From Yuukianura sp. NJ FZ-2021 (taxonomy: Eukaryota): a DNA stretch of 64,000 bases. The stretch is from contig CM102284.1 of the NCBI GenBank assembly GCA_046563655.1, positions 2,108,001 to 2,172,000 on the forward strand. Direction: 5' to 3'. Both the position numbers and the translations under genes were made by a program. Shown here piece by piece: positions 50,347-63,938 of this stretch; the first letter of the stretch is position 1, and every line of letters starts with the position of its first letter. The notes beneath the pieces are model-generated. The model saw nothing but the letters and a program-made list of their open reading frames with translations, made no database searches and was not told where the DNA came from.

Positions 50347-51345
50347 ATGAAGGTAGTTTTTGTATTGATGGTTGCATTCGTCGGTTGCGCCGTAAGCGCA
50401 AGTCTGCCAGGACCTAAAGCTGCTGCTGCTAGCAGTAGTGTGTCTGGTAGTGACAAAACCTCGAGTACCGTTAGTGGCAGCAATACATCTGGTACGGACA
50501 AGTCTTCTGTTTCATCTAACGATCGCACTGTGTCTTCTGGGACGGACAAGACTTCTAGCTCAGTCGGCAGCAGTGTATCTGGTACGGACAAGTCTTCTGT
50601 TTCATCTAACGATCGCACTTTGTCGTCTGGGACGGACAAGACTTCTAGCTCAGTCGGCAGCAGTGTATCAGGTACGGACAAGAGTTCTGTTTCATCCAAC
50701 GATCGCAGTGTGTCGTCTGGGACGGACAAAACTTCTAGCTCAGTCGGCAGCAGTGTATCTGGTACGGATAAGAGTTCTGTTTCATCTAACGATCGCACTG
50801 TGTCGTCTGGGACGGACAAGACTTCTAGTTCAGTCGGCAGCAGTGTATCCGGTACGGACAAGAGTTCTGTTTCATCTAACGATCGTACTCTGTCATCTGG
50901 GACGGACAAAACTTCTAGCTCAGTCGGCAGCAGTGTATCTGGTACGGACAAGAGTTCTGTTTCATCTAACGATCGCAGTGTGTCGTCTGGGACGGACAAA
51001 ACTTCTAGCTCAGTCGGCAGCAGTGTATCCGGTACGGACAAGTCTTCTGTTTCATCTAACGATCGCAGTGTGTCGTCTGGGACGGACAAAACTTCTAGCT
51101 CCGTCGGCAGCAGTGTATCCGGTACGGATAAGAGTTCTGTTTCATCTAACGATCGCACTGTGTCGTCTGGGACGGACAAGACTTCTAGTTCAGTCGGCAG
51201 CAGTGTATCCGGTACGGACAAGAGTTCTGTCTCATCTAACGATCGCACTGTGTCGTCTGGGACGGACAAGACTTCCAGTTCAGTCGGCAGCAGTGTATCT
51301 GGTACGGACAAGACTTCTGTTTCATCTAACGATAAGGTCGCCTAG
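50347..51345 (+). CDS. Secreted Ser/Thr-rich repetitive structural protein (9 x 30-aa repeats)
   Basis: Signal MKVVFVLMVAFVGCAVSA; 90-bp repeats starting at 50491 encoding GTDKSSVSSNDRTVSSGTDKTSSSVGSSVS; variation between copies is mostly synonymous in this frame; upstream TATA/Inr. Confidence 0.85.
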   Translation: MKVVFVLMVAFVGCAVSASLPGPKAAAASSSVSGSDKTSSTVSGSNTSGTDKSSVSSNDRTVSSGTDKTSSSVGSSVSGTDKSSVSSNDRTLSSGTDKTSSSVGSSVSGTDKSSVSSNDRSVSSGTDKTSSSVGSSVSGTDKSSVSSNDRTVSSGTDKTSSSVGSSVSGTDKSSVSSNDRTLSSGTDKTSSSVGSSVSGTDKSSVSSNDRSVSSGTDKTSSSVGSSVSGTDKSSVSSNDRSVSSGTDKTSSSVGSSVSGTDKSSVSSNDRTVSSGTDKTSSSVGSSVSGTDKSSVSSNDRTVSSGTDKTSSSVGSSVSGTDKTSVSSNDKVA

Positions 51346-52094
51346 ATCAGTACTATGTCAATCGTTTTGGGCTCCACCATCAAAACCACATCTGTCTAAC
51401 CCCCAACAACTTAAAAAATTCTCCAAGAGAATTCATGCAAATTAAAATTAGATCGCTCTTATTCCAAAAATTAGTTTTTGCAAAATTTTAAAATTATGTT
51501 AATCTTCTGCAACAATTCGGTAAAGTACTCGGAATTTATGCTTAGAATTAAAATAAACACTTACTTTTATTAGAAATTAGAATAAGTATCCAGAGAGCAG
51601 GAGCACCGCTAGCAGGTCAATCGTTACTTGTAATTAACTAATTAACTAACATAATTATTAGAATCAAAGCGATCAATCGATCAATGACACCTTACTTATT
51701 GACACTAACTTTAACAAACTAGTAAAACATTTACATGAAAAATTATAACAGGATTATATAAAGTGCATTGCCGAAATAGCAGGTTAGCTCCAGCTTGAAG
51801 TCCGTTACAATACAATCAAATTACATTTTGTTTTGAAAATTATAATTAAGAGAAATTACACTCAATTGGTTATAAGTTGCGAATAAAAATATGTTGCGTG
51901 ATTAGAGTTCATGTTGAAGATTTTTATAAAAAGGACGATTTTCTACGGAAATGTTTTCAATAATTCTATTTTCTTTCAAAAAGAACTTCAAGTTTTCGAA
52001 ATCATATATTTTTGGTCCCGCTTTGCTTCATTCATCAGTTGAATTCGGGAGAAGCGCGGAAGGAACCGCTGCTGCTGGATTGTTTCTTTTTTGT

Positions 52095-55000
52095 TTAGCG
52101 GGAGCAGCGGTTGGTGCATAGGAACTGCGCTCCTCCAGGCCAAGTACGACTGAAGCCGCCATCATCTCCACGGCCGCCTTGACTGTTGTGGTAGCACCCA
52201 TACTTGTTGATGAAGTTCATTGTGTTCAAATACTCATGTTCGTAGAGGTCAGGAATATTGCCGCCTAAAAAACACAAAAAGAAACACTTCAAACTTCCTA
52301 AATAACACTCTAATGTGCTCTAATAACATTTTGACTCACCCGCTGCCGCATTCCAGCCCATTCGCACAGTTGATTTCCCGAACAGTCGAGTCTCATAGTC
52401 AATCAGTTGACGGAAAAAACCTGGATTTGGACGAATAATTGGCCGACGAGCCTGTTTTCAAAAAACACACATTTCAAAGAATTAATTTGAAAAATTTTGA
52501 AACAAGAAAACCAATTTCAAAACATCACTTTAGTTGTGCAGAAAAAAGTAATCTAGCGGAAAAGCAATTATCCGAATCATGTTTTTTTCCCCTGCACTTT
52601 CTCCTTACAAACCACAAAGAAGGATTTTTTTTAATTTTTAAATGTATTTCGTTTTCGAGTTGCTTGAATTTTTGAAATTTTGTGACGCCTCTTTAACACT
52701 TTTGGAAATTACTCATGACAGAGTGACGCATTCCAATGTTTAAAAAAAAAATTTAAAACCAAAAGTGGACTACTTGTAACCGTCAAGTTTAAAATATTTG
52801 CACGACTTCTATCATTTTGGCATTCGGCGTGATTTGTTGCCATTTTTAAGCAAGAGTCTGGCAAATTTTCAAAAAAACTTGAACATGCCATGCCACGCGG
52901 TGCGCTCTCAGTAGTTGTATTCTCACTATAGCTATATTCATAGTAGGAAATTGGCAAAATAGAGTGCTTGTGCATTTTTGAAAAAGTTGGGGGATGACGA
53001 ATGGTTGCGTTTAAAATTAAGATAGCGAAGGAGACTGACGTGTCATCAGTTTTCGAAATTAATCAGTTTTTGAAAATTTTAGTCACTGATGACAACTACA
53101 ATTCTCTAACTGGAGGTATTTTGGTGTGTGGGTGGGTGTGGGTATGAGAAGGAAAAAAAGACGCTTTTGAGTGTACTTTGGTACGAATTTTGAAATTGGT
53201 GTAACTTTCGAAAGTTTCGAAATTTCTAAAAACTTACTTTGACATGTTCGTAGGCTCTGCGAAGCGTCATTTGTCGGTGTTTCATGAGGAAAGCAATGAT
53301 GACGGTTGATGAGCGAGAGACTCCGGCAACACAGTGCACGAGTACTTTGTTACCCTGACGCACAACTTCATCAATCTTGTCAATCGTCCGCTCAAAGTAG
53401 TAAGCGATGTTGGCGTACGGAGAGTCATCAATCGGAATTTTCACAGTTTGGATCTAAAACCAAACAATCAAAAACGTTTTAAATACTTTTAGAATATTTC
53501 GGGAGAAATTTTGTCAAATTGAAATTATTGTCGAATAATCGATGCAACTTTTTTTCAAAAACTCGCAGGAATTCAAAAACCGTTTGTGAATAATCAGTGT
53601 TGGAATGAGGAAATTTTAAACTGACGAATTCACGCAGGAAAGGAAAAGTTTTAATAAAAGTGGAGAAAGTTAAAACAAAACTTTTATAGAAAAACCAAAA
53701 ACGGAGAGGTAAAGAAATTATAAAAATGAGATTTAGGAAATTTTGGATTAAGCCACTTTTTTTTCTCTAAATTCTAAAACTGGATTCATTTTGCTTAAGA
53801 AAAACGAAGTAAGTGACATATGGATTTCATTATGTTGACTTCCGCCATCAACGAAATCTATTTTTTCCAAAATCCTAAAACAAATTGAAAGATGAACAAT
53901 ATTTTCGAAATGTCTGGAGGCCTCGGAATGTTTAGATGTAAGTTTTGTGATTGATCATGTAGAAATGTTTGGTTTAGAGCGGTGGTGACATGTAGGAAAA
54001 GCGGAAGGAATGCAAAGAGGAAGCGCACAAATAGTTGATTCAATTCCAATTCAAATAGAATCCAACCTCCAACTATTCTATTTCTGTTTCTGCTTCTTCC
54101 CTTAACTTATTACGATTAACCTAACGTGGTATATTGGCGCTGTTACCTGAGTGTCGTTGCTGGCTGCGTAGGGGACATTTGGAAGTTCGACAGTGACGTT
54201 GATGATACAAGAAATTCCAAGGTCACGCAGACTCCCCGGACTCAAAGCTAAATTAGGCCCAACAAGAGTCAGTCATTACAAAAATGATGTTGTTCTAAAT
54301 TTTTAGAACATGTTCTGAAATGTGCTTTAGAAACGTCTAACTTACCTCGAGCTCCGCAGAGGTACAGCCCATCTTCAATTTCATTAATCTGACTCAGGTA
54401 GGATTCAACCGGGGCGGCAGGCGTTCGACTAAAGAAATAGATCAAAGGTCAATTTTGAAAAAAAAACTAGTAAAAAAGAGGACATTTTGTTCAAATTCAG
54501 CTCCACAAAACTCTCATGAAGTGTTGGAAAATAGCACTGACACAATTTTTTCTTGACATTTTAACAATCCAAATTCAAATTGTCAAAAATTTTCCAAATT
54601 CAAATTCAAAAATTACTTACGTTAGCATGCTTGTGTTTGGACAACTTCGAGTTGACTTGGCTGGACGCTGAGCCTGGCCTTGACCTTGACCGTAACCACG
54701 TGACTGCTGACCCCCCTTCGTAGGAGTGCTTGTAGTTACTGTATAAGTATTTAGAGTACGACGACTCATGATTTCTGAAAAAAAAAACAGAAATGTGGAT
54801 CAAAATTCTTGACTTTCTGCCAAAAACCTTCACTTTTTGAAATTGCGTCACTTGTTATACACTACTTACTTTCAAAGTCCAATAGACTTTAACAAATAAT
54901 GCAGCTTTTAAAACTAAATTGGAAGTTTCAATTACTAAAAAATTATTATGCTAAAAAGTGAACCAGTTTGTGGTGTAGTAAAACATGGACTGAATGGAAA

Positions 55001-56327
55001 AGTAAGAAAATGATCAAGAAGAATAATTCTTGCTAAAAGAGATTTTTGTTGAAACCGGTGAAAAGCTACCAGAAGATAATCCCGTTTCCATGGAGACCAA
55101 TTGGAATAATTCTTCCGAAAAACCACTTTCCGCTTTCGTCAGTAATTTTTCGTTTGTAGAAGTAATTGGTTGTGATTCGTATTAAACAAATTAATTTCCA
55201 TGGAAACAAGGCTATGCATGACAGCTCATCTTCTGAAAAGTGACAAGCTGGAATAACATACATTTTCTAAGCAATCAATTCTTTTTGTCTTTTTTCCTTT
55301 GACAGTCACATTAAGTCGATCTGTCGCATGTCAACGGTGCAGTCATTCGCATACTGTCTCTACCACTTTCTAACTTTGTAATCATCACCCTTATGCTATG
55401 GGTCAAAGGTCAATTTAAAAAAAGAGACAAACTTTTTGCATAAAAGTTTTTTTTTTGTATATGAAAAATTTTAAAGCAGTCAAAAAGAATTATATATTTT
55501 ATTAAGCAGTGAGAGCTACTTTATGCCTCCATTTTGTCTGTCTGTCTGTCTTGCGAAAAATTGGCGGCAAAAATCTCGCAAACGGCTCAAAATTGTCAAG
55601 ATCTGTTTTCACTAGTGAACCGTATGTAACCCGGGAGTGATCACTGTTGAATATCATCGCGTCAGGTCAACTCCTTCCGGGTCAAAGGTCGAGGTCAACC
55701 AGTTTTAGAACCGGAAAGGTAATCTTTCGATACTTTTGTACATTCCGGGTTACAACCGGATCTATTCCATTTGTAGTTGAAAATAACTTTCACTTTCTCT
55801 GCTTTCACTGTAAAAAAAAAATAGCGCCTAATTTTTTTCGACAGGATGTCTCGATAACTGTAAATTTGCAACAGAAAATTCTTCAAAGAAGTAGAATTTT
55901 TAGGATAAAGTTTTGTTTACACTTTTAGCAAGCAAAATTATTTGTATATGTTTTTCTTTTGAAAACTGGATCAATTTTATGTTTATATTTTTGTAAGTTG
56001 TAAAGGCAGAACGGGAATAAAACGGAAATCATTATTTTTTTCATTTCTTTTCTCTTTCAAACCGCAGTCTCATTTGGCGTGTTTGCACTGTCCAAATTTC
56101 ATTTCGCATGTAACCTGACTCTGTTCATTTTTTGCTTTCAGAATCAGAAACAAAAAACCTCTTTCAACATTTCAATTGTAGGAAACTGGGTTAAATTTGA
56201 GCTTTGACACCTTAGACTTATTGAACTAAAAGCGACATGCACAAAAACTCTCTCTTTTATAAATTTTGATTTTAAAAAATCTTTGATAAAAAAACCAAAA
56301 TTATTTGAACTTACCGACTTCTGCCAT
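52095..56327 (-). CDS. Atypical dual-specificity protein phosphatase (DUSP14/18-like), ~7 exons; first exon tentative
   Basis: MAEV|EIMSRR...SMLT|RTPAAPVESYLSQINEIEDGLYLCGAR|...CIINVT...|IPIDDSP...VLVHCVAGVSRSSTVIIAFLMK...|ARRPIIRPNPGFFRQL; catalytic HCxxGxSRS. Confidence 0.85.
55501..55770 (+). mobile_element. Short HINE/DINE-1-like element (degenerate)
   Basis: attaagcagtgagagctactttatgc, (TGTC)n, core homologous to the element at 59125-59372 (gatctgttt.cactagtgaac, ggtcaactccttccgggtcaaaggtc), 3' stem-loop ccgggttacaaccgg. Confidence 0.65.
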
Positions 56328-59124
56328 TTTGAAGACTTCAGGCAGGAATTGCAAGATGTACGAAGGTTTTCTGCTTTCACTTTTTATGGACGGTTTAGTT
56401 TCCTGGACTTTTTTCAGAGTGGACTCAACTCCTAAACGACTCAAACTCAACTGGAAGACAAGAACCAAAGAGAAAGCGATTTTTATAATTATTGTTTTTT
56501 CCTTTGAACACACAGAGAAAAATGCTGGTTGGTCTGCCTATGAAAAATTGTGGCTTTCCTTGATGCCTTTTGTGAGAAAACTGCCGTCGTTTAGTCCAAA
56601 TCCCTTGGATTTTGCAAACTGTCGATTTCGCACAACTTTCCCCCTTTCTGCCTCCCAATGTTCAACCGAACACACAAAAAGCTTTTCCCAGTGGGATCCA
56701 CTTTTGCACTTTTTAAAACACAGCAAGCAGCTTTTAAAAACAGGTTTTGGTTGCAAGAAAGCAAACTGATGCCTTGTACCCACTGCAGTAAGAATTCACG
56801 GCTTCACAAATAATAAAAGTTTGTGTAGTTTCGTTTTTACTTGAACCAAAAACCGATTTAATTGTTTACTCCTCTTCGCTGTTAGCTTTCAAAAATCACT
56901 TTTTTTTTGTTGTTCTATTTTTTTTTTTAGAAACAAAATTGGAAGTTCGAATTCCAACTTCCTCTTTAAGGAGGGGGAGGAAGACACGAGTGGATAATCA
57001 AATTCCCACCCCAGGAATTCAAAGTCCCCGCCCCTACTCCAATTTTTAGGAAATAACAAATTCTAAAAATGTCCCTATTTTATGAAAAAACTGTAAAGAA
57101 AGAGGCAATTTGGCACACTAAACGGAAGTGAAATTATTTTCTGATTTGTTTAAACTCGAACGGATTTATTTGCATCTTGGGCTTGACTCTTCTTCAGAAT
57201 TTTAAAAACCGCTGAGGACTTCGGTTTTTTTGGAACAAGAAAAGCTAACAAACAGTTTTTCTAAGATTTTATGACCTGCAGAAAAAAAAATTGTAAAAGT
57301 GTACACTTATCCGTTTTTTTTATTTGCACAATGAATGACCTCGGAATTAGATTAAGCTTTTCCAAAAATTTCACGGATTTAGAAGTAAAAAAACTAAAAC
57401 CGAAAACTCGTATTCGCAAATTGTTGTGAAACTGTTTCTATTTTTTCTTAATTCTTACAAAGATTGTTTTCGTCTAAAAGGTGTTTTGTGAAGGAAAGTC
57501 GATTTTTTTGTTTCTGGAGGTTTTTTTTTTGTATGCTAATGAATGACGTCTGTGTTTTACACAATGGGAGAAAGTAGAAATTGGCAGATCGATACAGCTC
57601 CAATTCACTTCAAAATACCAATAACGTATTTTTAGCACAACAAAAATTACAATTCTTAACTCTGCCAAATGTTTCTATGTTTCTGAGTAGAGTTGATTCA
57701 ACTTTGGTTTTGCAGTGTTTGGAAGTGGAAATGAATCAAGAAAGTGCGAATAAAAATTATTGCAATTCTGTCACTTCTGTCCTCAGTTTGTAACTGGCTC
57801 TTGACGACTTTTACATGGATTTACTAGACAGAAATGAAGTTTTTGACAAAAAATATAGGAAAGCGAAAATAAAGCGCAGATTAAACAGTTTCAAAATCAG
57901 AACCAAAACGACAAACACACATTTTGTCACATTGTCATTGAAGAATTTCGAACTTTGAACTGGGAAGTGAAGTTGCAGAATTCTCGGTTTTCGTTTCCTA
58001 TTTTTCTTTGAAGCGAATCATGAAGATGTTGGATTTTGTTTACAACTTGATTCCAAAACTTTTTTGAAAAGTTGGCAAAACAGATAGCTTATGGATGCCA
58101 TAATGTCACTCTGCCTGTCACTTCTGACTTCCTTCGTCACTTTGTACAGAGTCTTTCAGCGCACAAAATGTTCCATGTTCAGAATACGAGTAAAATGAAA
58201 CACAAAGTAAAAGTTTGATCCAACCTGAATTATTTTGATTATTCTCTTGCCAAAAGCAGATCGACAGCAACCTTGACCTTGTGCCAAATTTTCAAAAAAA
58301 AAAAAAAGAGGATGGAATGTCAATGCCATTCCACTTACTTTTCGCTGGCCAACAAATTACAGTTGACACAGTGTACATACGGATTTTATGAGCTGTGAAA
58401 TATTTAGAAATTATTCACTTATAAAACATATAAAAAGTATAAAGAATTAAAAGCATCAAATATAGTATAAAAGTGTGTGAAATATGCAAAGTATTTTAAA
58501 TGTCAACTGGGCGTAAAAGATTAAACTGAAAATGAGTTGACTTTCTTCCAATCAAATTTTCAAGAATTCAGTTTTGCACAGATTTTTTTAGTTTTTGTAC
58601 ACACCATTCTTTGTAACCAAAACACACGATTTGGTGCAAATTTTCGTAATGACTCTACCATTATAGTATGGTCATTGTAGGAAATTGGTAATTTTTTTTT
58701 CTTTTGAAAATGAAGCTTTTAGCATAAAAGATTTTAGCAAATTGCCGAAAACTTTTCTTGTTAAAAGAGTGAAAGGTTGTGAGTCGTTACGAAACGTGCA
58801 AGCGTCAATGTAGTTTCGGTGCCATAGGAGATGCGGTACTGCCATGTACAGAACCATCAGCACGTCCGTGTGCGTCTGACATTTCAAATCAACCAACCGT
58901 TTTAGTAATTTTGGATCATTGGCCTTTATCGCTGCTTGATCGCTTCAATCACGCAAACCAAAATTAGACACTGACAGCACAAGGACAAGGAAACTGAAAG
59001 ATCCTAAAATTAGAATTTTTCCAACACAAGTTGTCCAAATTAGACACAAAATCAATACTGCCATGGTCATCGTACTGTCCACCACAGCAACTCAAAAGTA
59101 CATTGACGCAAATCTAGAATTTAC

Positions 59125-59372
59125 ATATAATAAATCCGGTCGTAACCCGGAGTATACGAAAGTAGCGAAGCACTTGACCTTTGACCCGGAAGGAGTTGAC
59201 CCACCGGGATGGTATTCAATAGTGAACATACGCCCGACCTCCGGTGTTCACTAGTGGAAACAGATCCCGGAAATGTTGAGCCATTTCCGAGATAATTGCC
59301 GCCGGCGGCCGGCCAGACAGACAGACAGACAGACCGACAAGGTCGATGCATAAAGTAGCTTCGCTACTTAAT
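59125..59372 (-). mobile_element. Short HINE/DINE-1-like element
   Basis: Subterminal inverted repeats aagtagcgaag (59160-59170) / cttcgctactt (59359-59369), 5' hairpin aagtagc-ttc-gctactt, (GACA)n microsatellite, 3' stem-loop ccgg-tcgtaac-ccgg (59136-59150). Confidence 0.75.
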
Positions 59373-59741
59373 AATTCATGTGAAGACTCAATTGGTGTAG
59401 TTATTTGAGTATTTTCAATTATCCGGAAACGAGTGAAGCAAATAACAAAGTAAAATGACAGTCTTTTAGAGTTAAAACATTAAAAAGGAGATCTTATAGT
59501 CTAACAATAATAAAAAATGCTAACATTCAGACATTAAATAAGCTGCGCACCCATAATCACAGGAAATCACAATCATGCTTAAACGTGAGCTGCTGCTTGT
59601 CTAACATTAAAAAGAAACAAGAATTGCATTATAGTCTTTGTGTTAAACTGAACACGGGTGAACGAATGGTGGAAATGTAGTTCGGGACCTTCACTACTGA
59701 ACTATTTTAGAGTCAAGTATTCTACGTTAAAGTTTCAACTT

Positions 59742-62700
59742 TCAACTTTCAGAAACTTGATCAGTTGAATGTAGTTTCCTTGGTCGTCCATTCCTTATCT
59801 TCCGTCGTCTGAATCTTCTGCAAAAATATTGAAACATTTTTACTCAACTAAGTAGCTGTTGAATTTTCACAACTTAGAAAAACACTTTGAAAACCTACGT
59901 TCCGAATACTTTTTCCCAAATCGAAGGTTCCAGAATCTCGTCGTCTCCGACATAAACAGCTCCAGCATTTTCCGTCGTCGCTGCAGAAGAGCGAGGAAGT
60001 AACGAAGAAGGTGCATCTGCATGGTGACACTCAACTTCACCGTGACATTTTTTGAGTCGCAGTAAAGTAGCCAGCATCCAATCTTCCTCTGCCTTTGGTA
60101 AGTTTCCAACAGCATTACGTAACTGGTATGGATCTGAAACATTCGATACACAAGCGTTAGTTTCTCGCATTCAAAAATGCAACTGTTATAAGTTATAAGG
60201 GAAATTGAAAAATATCTTACCTCTTCCAAGATCAAAGTACATTTTGAATCCAGTGATGAATTGGCAGTACAAGTAGTTGTGGGTTGAGTTAATTGAGCGA
60301 AGACATGAGAATGTATTGTTGTGTGAGTTCATGCAGAAGCAGAAGGAATCGCCTTCCCAGAGAGGTGCTGTTCTCCAGTGCTGTTTGTCATGCCAGAAGC
60401 AGTTCATTTTGTCCTCTTCCCCACAGGTAGCAGCCTGGAAAGAAAAGCAAAGATAAAAAATTCCAAAATTATGACTTTATAGAATTTTTTTTAGAAACTG
60501 AAAATCACCTGCTCTCTTTCTGTAGGATCTTGAATTCGATTTAGAAAACGTTGCTTCTTGCGCAGTTTGCTCAGAAGTTTCTTTCGTTTTCTCTCCATTC
60601 GTTCCTGCTGTCGAAGTAATCTTGGATCTACTTTAGAGCAATCGCAATCCCGCTTTTCCTCTGGCTCTGACAAACTAGAATTCATCGACCCTTGGCCACG
60701 GTGATGATGACCTTTGAACTGATGAGATCCTTTGATATGTTTTGTTGTCACGTTGAGTAGAGTTGACGATGTTGAGATCACTTCATCCAAATCATCTCCC
60801 TCTTCATCCGAATGTGTAAAGGTCATTGGACTGACAAACCCTAACCCATCTTCATCCAAGTCATGATCTTCTGTTCCTCCGCCTACTTCTTCCAGGTCTT
60901 CTAAATCATCTTCTGCATACACTGGCGGCGGTATTGGTTCTGGTTTCTTGGTAACAGGAGATCTCAAAATACTGATTTGGATTTCATTCTTCTTCTTAGT
61001 CCGATCCTTACCGCTGCTTTCATTTTCCAAGGAATGTGACGCCTTTTCAGTAATTTTTGCTATGTATGGTCTGGCAGTAGTCATCCAATGTTGATGTCGT
61101 AACAAGCGTTTCTTTTCACGCAACTCATCAATCCTCTTTTTCAGCATTTCGATTTCATCATCAATTTTTAGTCGCTCAGCATCCCAATCCAGCTGATGAT
61201 CTGCACTGCTTTCAGAAATCTGTCGTTTGGATCGTGACTTGGTTGTGGGACAGCGACATTGAGCGATGGGTTCAGGTGATGCATAGTCTGAATCTTTTCG
61301 ACATTTCCGGAAACGAACTCGATCGTTTTCGCGACGACAGTACTTTTTTTGACCTTTCAAACATGGATGAGGGTGGAGGTCGCAAAGTTCATTGACTTGA
61401 GCCTTTTCTTCCTCTGAAATGTGCAACGGAGCTTGAGAAGTTGGTGCTGGAGTAGTAGTAGTACTAGGGACATGTCCATGTCCACTATCACGTCTTCCAG
61501 AACTTTCAATCAAAAATGTTTGAGTCCAAGAAGTTGAAGCAGGTTCTGAATGAACTTTTGAGTATTTTCGCAGCAGGGGCACGAATGACCTTCCGTCCAT
61601 GTCTGGAGGAACAGGAAGACCTGCGAGGTCAAGGAATGTTGGAGCGAGATCAATGTTGAGAACGGGTTCCAGTATGAGCGTTCCGCCTGGAGTGGTATTC
61701 TTTGGCGTTTTGACAAAAAATGGAACACGGATGTCAAATTCGTAGGGCATGGACTTCCCCTTGATAAGTCCAAACTGTCCTATATGGTATCCGTGATCGG
61801 AAGTGTAGAAAACGTAAGTGTCATCCTCCAAACCAGTCGCTTTGAGTGTGTCCATTATGCGTTTAACTGATGCATCGACGCTTTGAAGTGTTTGAAGTCG
61901 TTTGGCCATAAGTAAGTTCGTAAAACTCTTCAAATTGGAGTTCATTTTAGGAGTAACTTGAAGAATCCATTGTTTGTCGTAATTTGGTGCGAAGTTGTAG
62001 GCTGGAGTGTGATGCAAAGTTTCGTTGAGATATAATTGTGAATATTGTGGAGCACTGTCTTCTACAATTAATACAAATAACAACTGAATTAGTTCGAACA
62101 AACTAATCGTAAGTTAAACTAATCGTAAGTTAAGATAACATTCAATTACTTGAATTACTTATTACTTATAGAAGCAGCTTACCTGGACCATGTGGCGATG
62201 GAAATGAAGCTACGAGCAGAAACGGTTGATTTGGTCTTCTAGGCTTTGGTTGAGGAGGAGACGGAGGAGCGAAACTTCCACTTCCCTCTTCATCATCTTC
62301 AGCATCGGAAGTTAACAGATCTTCATTTGTAAATACGTCGTCACCATCATCGTCAGGGATAGGATTTGCCATGCGTTCCAGAAACTTGACAGTATCATTT
62401 GCAATTGAGTCTCTGTAAATTCAAAAATGAGGTGTTGAAACGGAAGTTAGAAGGAATTGTCAAAGTTTCGGCCTTACGGATAGTAGTCTCGCTGGTAGTT
62501 GTTTCCATAACGGACATTCACTCCATTGCGATTTACTGTGTAATTGTAGAATCTTGAGTTCATCAAAAGGGCATTCCAGTCATCCCAGCCCATCTAACCA
62601 AAATAAAATTGAATTCAATTATGGCCAATAGCGCCGCATTTAGCCACGATCGGTAAAGAAAGACTTACGGGAATATGAGATCCATCGTATTTGTTCAAGT

Positions 62701-63572
62701 ATTTTCCGATATAGGAAGTAAAGTAGCCAGAACCCTGAAGGTAGGCAGCAAATGTCTTGAATTCAAACTTTTCTCTCCAGAATATGCTGCTGCAGTTGTC
62801 GTTATTTGTGTAAACTTGATGGTTGTGGACATACCTGAATTCAAGGATAACATCGAACGTTTAAAAAACTTAAAGAAAATTGTAGGCTTTTCTGCTTACA
62901 ATCCAGTTAGCATGGAACTTCGAGAAGGGCAGCACATCGGCGTAGTGACATAGCCGTGTCGAAATTCCACTCCATTTTCTCGAAATGCCTTCAAGGTTTC
63001 TGGCATGTACTCCATGCTACCTATGAAAAATGAAATGTTACACCAAAATTCCGGTAACGAAGCGTTAAATGGACTAACCTAGTTCAATATCTTGATCATC
63101 AGTTAGGATAAGAATTATGTTTGGTCTAGGTCCCTTTCCTTCACGTCCTCCATGATACTTTGACTCTGTTCGTCCATGAACACGTTTCGGTTGTTGGGTA
63201 GTCCGACCTGTCAAATCCAAAAATCAAAATCCTCCAGTTACTTCACTGTTACTGTTACTGATATAGTAAATTAAGAAAACAAAGAGTAAATTGAGAAATT
63301 AACTGACCTCTTGGCTTCCTGTCAACTTCCCAAAAAGCATCTGATTTGGGCGGAAACAATGGATTAGAATTGTCATCTCCTGCTTCTTGACCCCTTCGCC
63401 TTCCACGAACCGTTGCTCCGTCAGTATTTCGATATCGGTATCTGTCACCCCCGTTTTCCAGTTTACGTTGAGCCTCGTCCAGGTCAAAGGTACGCAATCC
63501 ACTAACCCAGTCACATAACATTACCAAGTAAATAACTAAACTGCAAGTACTTACAAATTGATTAAATAACAT
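59742..63572 (-). CDS. Sulf1: Extracellular heparan-sulfate 6-O-endosulfatase Sulf1 homolog (multi-exon; last exon tentative, alternative stop at 59895)
   Basis: [80 protein letters not shown], long hydrophilic domain, C-terminal [41 protein letters not shown]. Confidence 0.93.
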
Positions 63573-63641
63573 TATAAACAACACAACTGAGTTCACTTTC
63601 AATAAAGAAAGTAATTTAAATAATTTTAAAATTTTACATTA

Positions 63642-63938
63642 GGCAGGGTAAGCATGTTTTGTAATCTGAAATCTAGGTACATTGAAAACCAGAAATCGTA
63701 ATGTAGAGGAGTGAGGGTAAGCAAATTTTTCTTAAATGTAGGAGTAAATTTGAATCTAGAGGTTTGCCGCGCGAGAATTTCTCACTTCTCTTTTGAAAAA
63801 CTCCGAACTCTAGATTCAGATTCAAAAACCGAGACGAGTTTTAGGAAAAGGAGAATTGCAATGTAGATTTGAACTCCCGCCAGCTCTACATCACAAAATC
63901 GCTCTCTAGATTTCAGATTGCAAAATGCTTACCCTGCC
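63642..63938. mobile_element. MITE with ~35-bp TIRs and TA target-site duplication
   Basis: ta|ggcagggtaagcatgttttgtaatctgaaatctag ... ctagatttcagattgcaaaatgcttaccctgcc|ta. Confidence 0.8.

Noticed and set aside
50322-51445. Antisense (50322-51311) and shifted-frame (50438-51445) long ORFs over the Ser-rich gene
   Set aside because: Shadows of the 90-bp repeat; only the 50347 frame has an ATG, a signal peptide, a promoter and a synonymous variation pattern.
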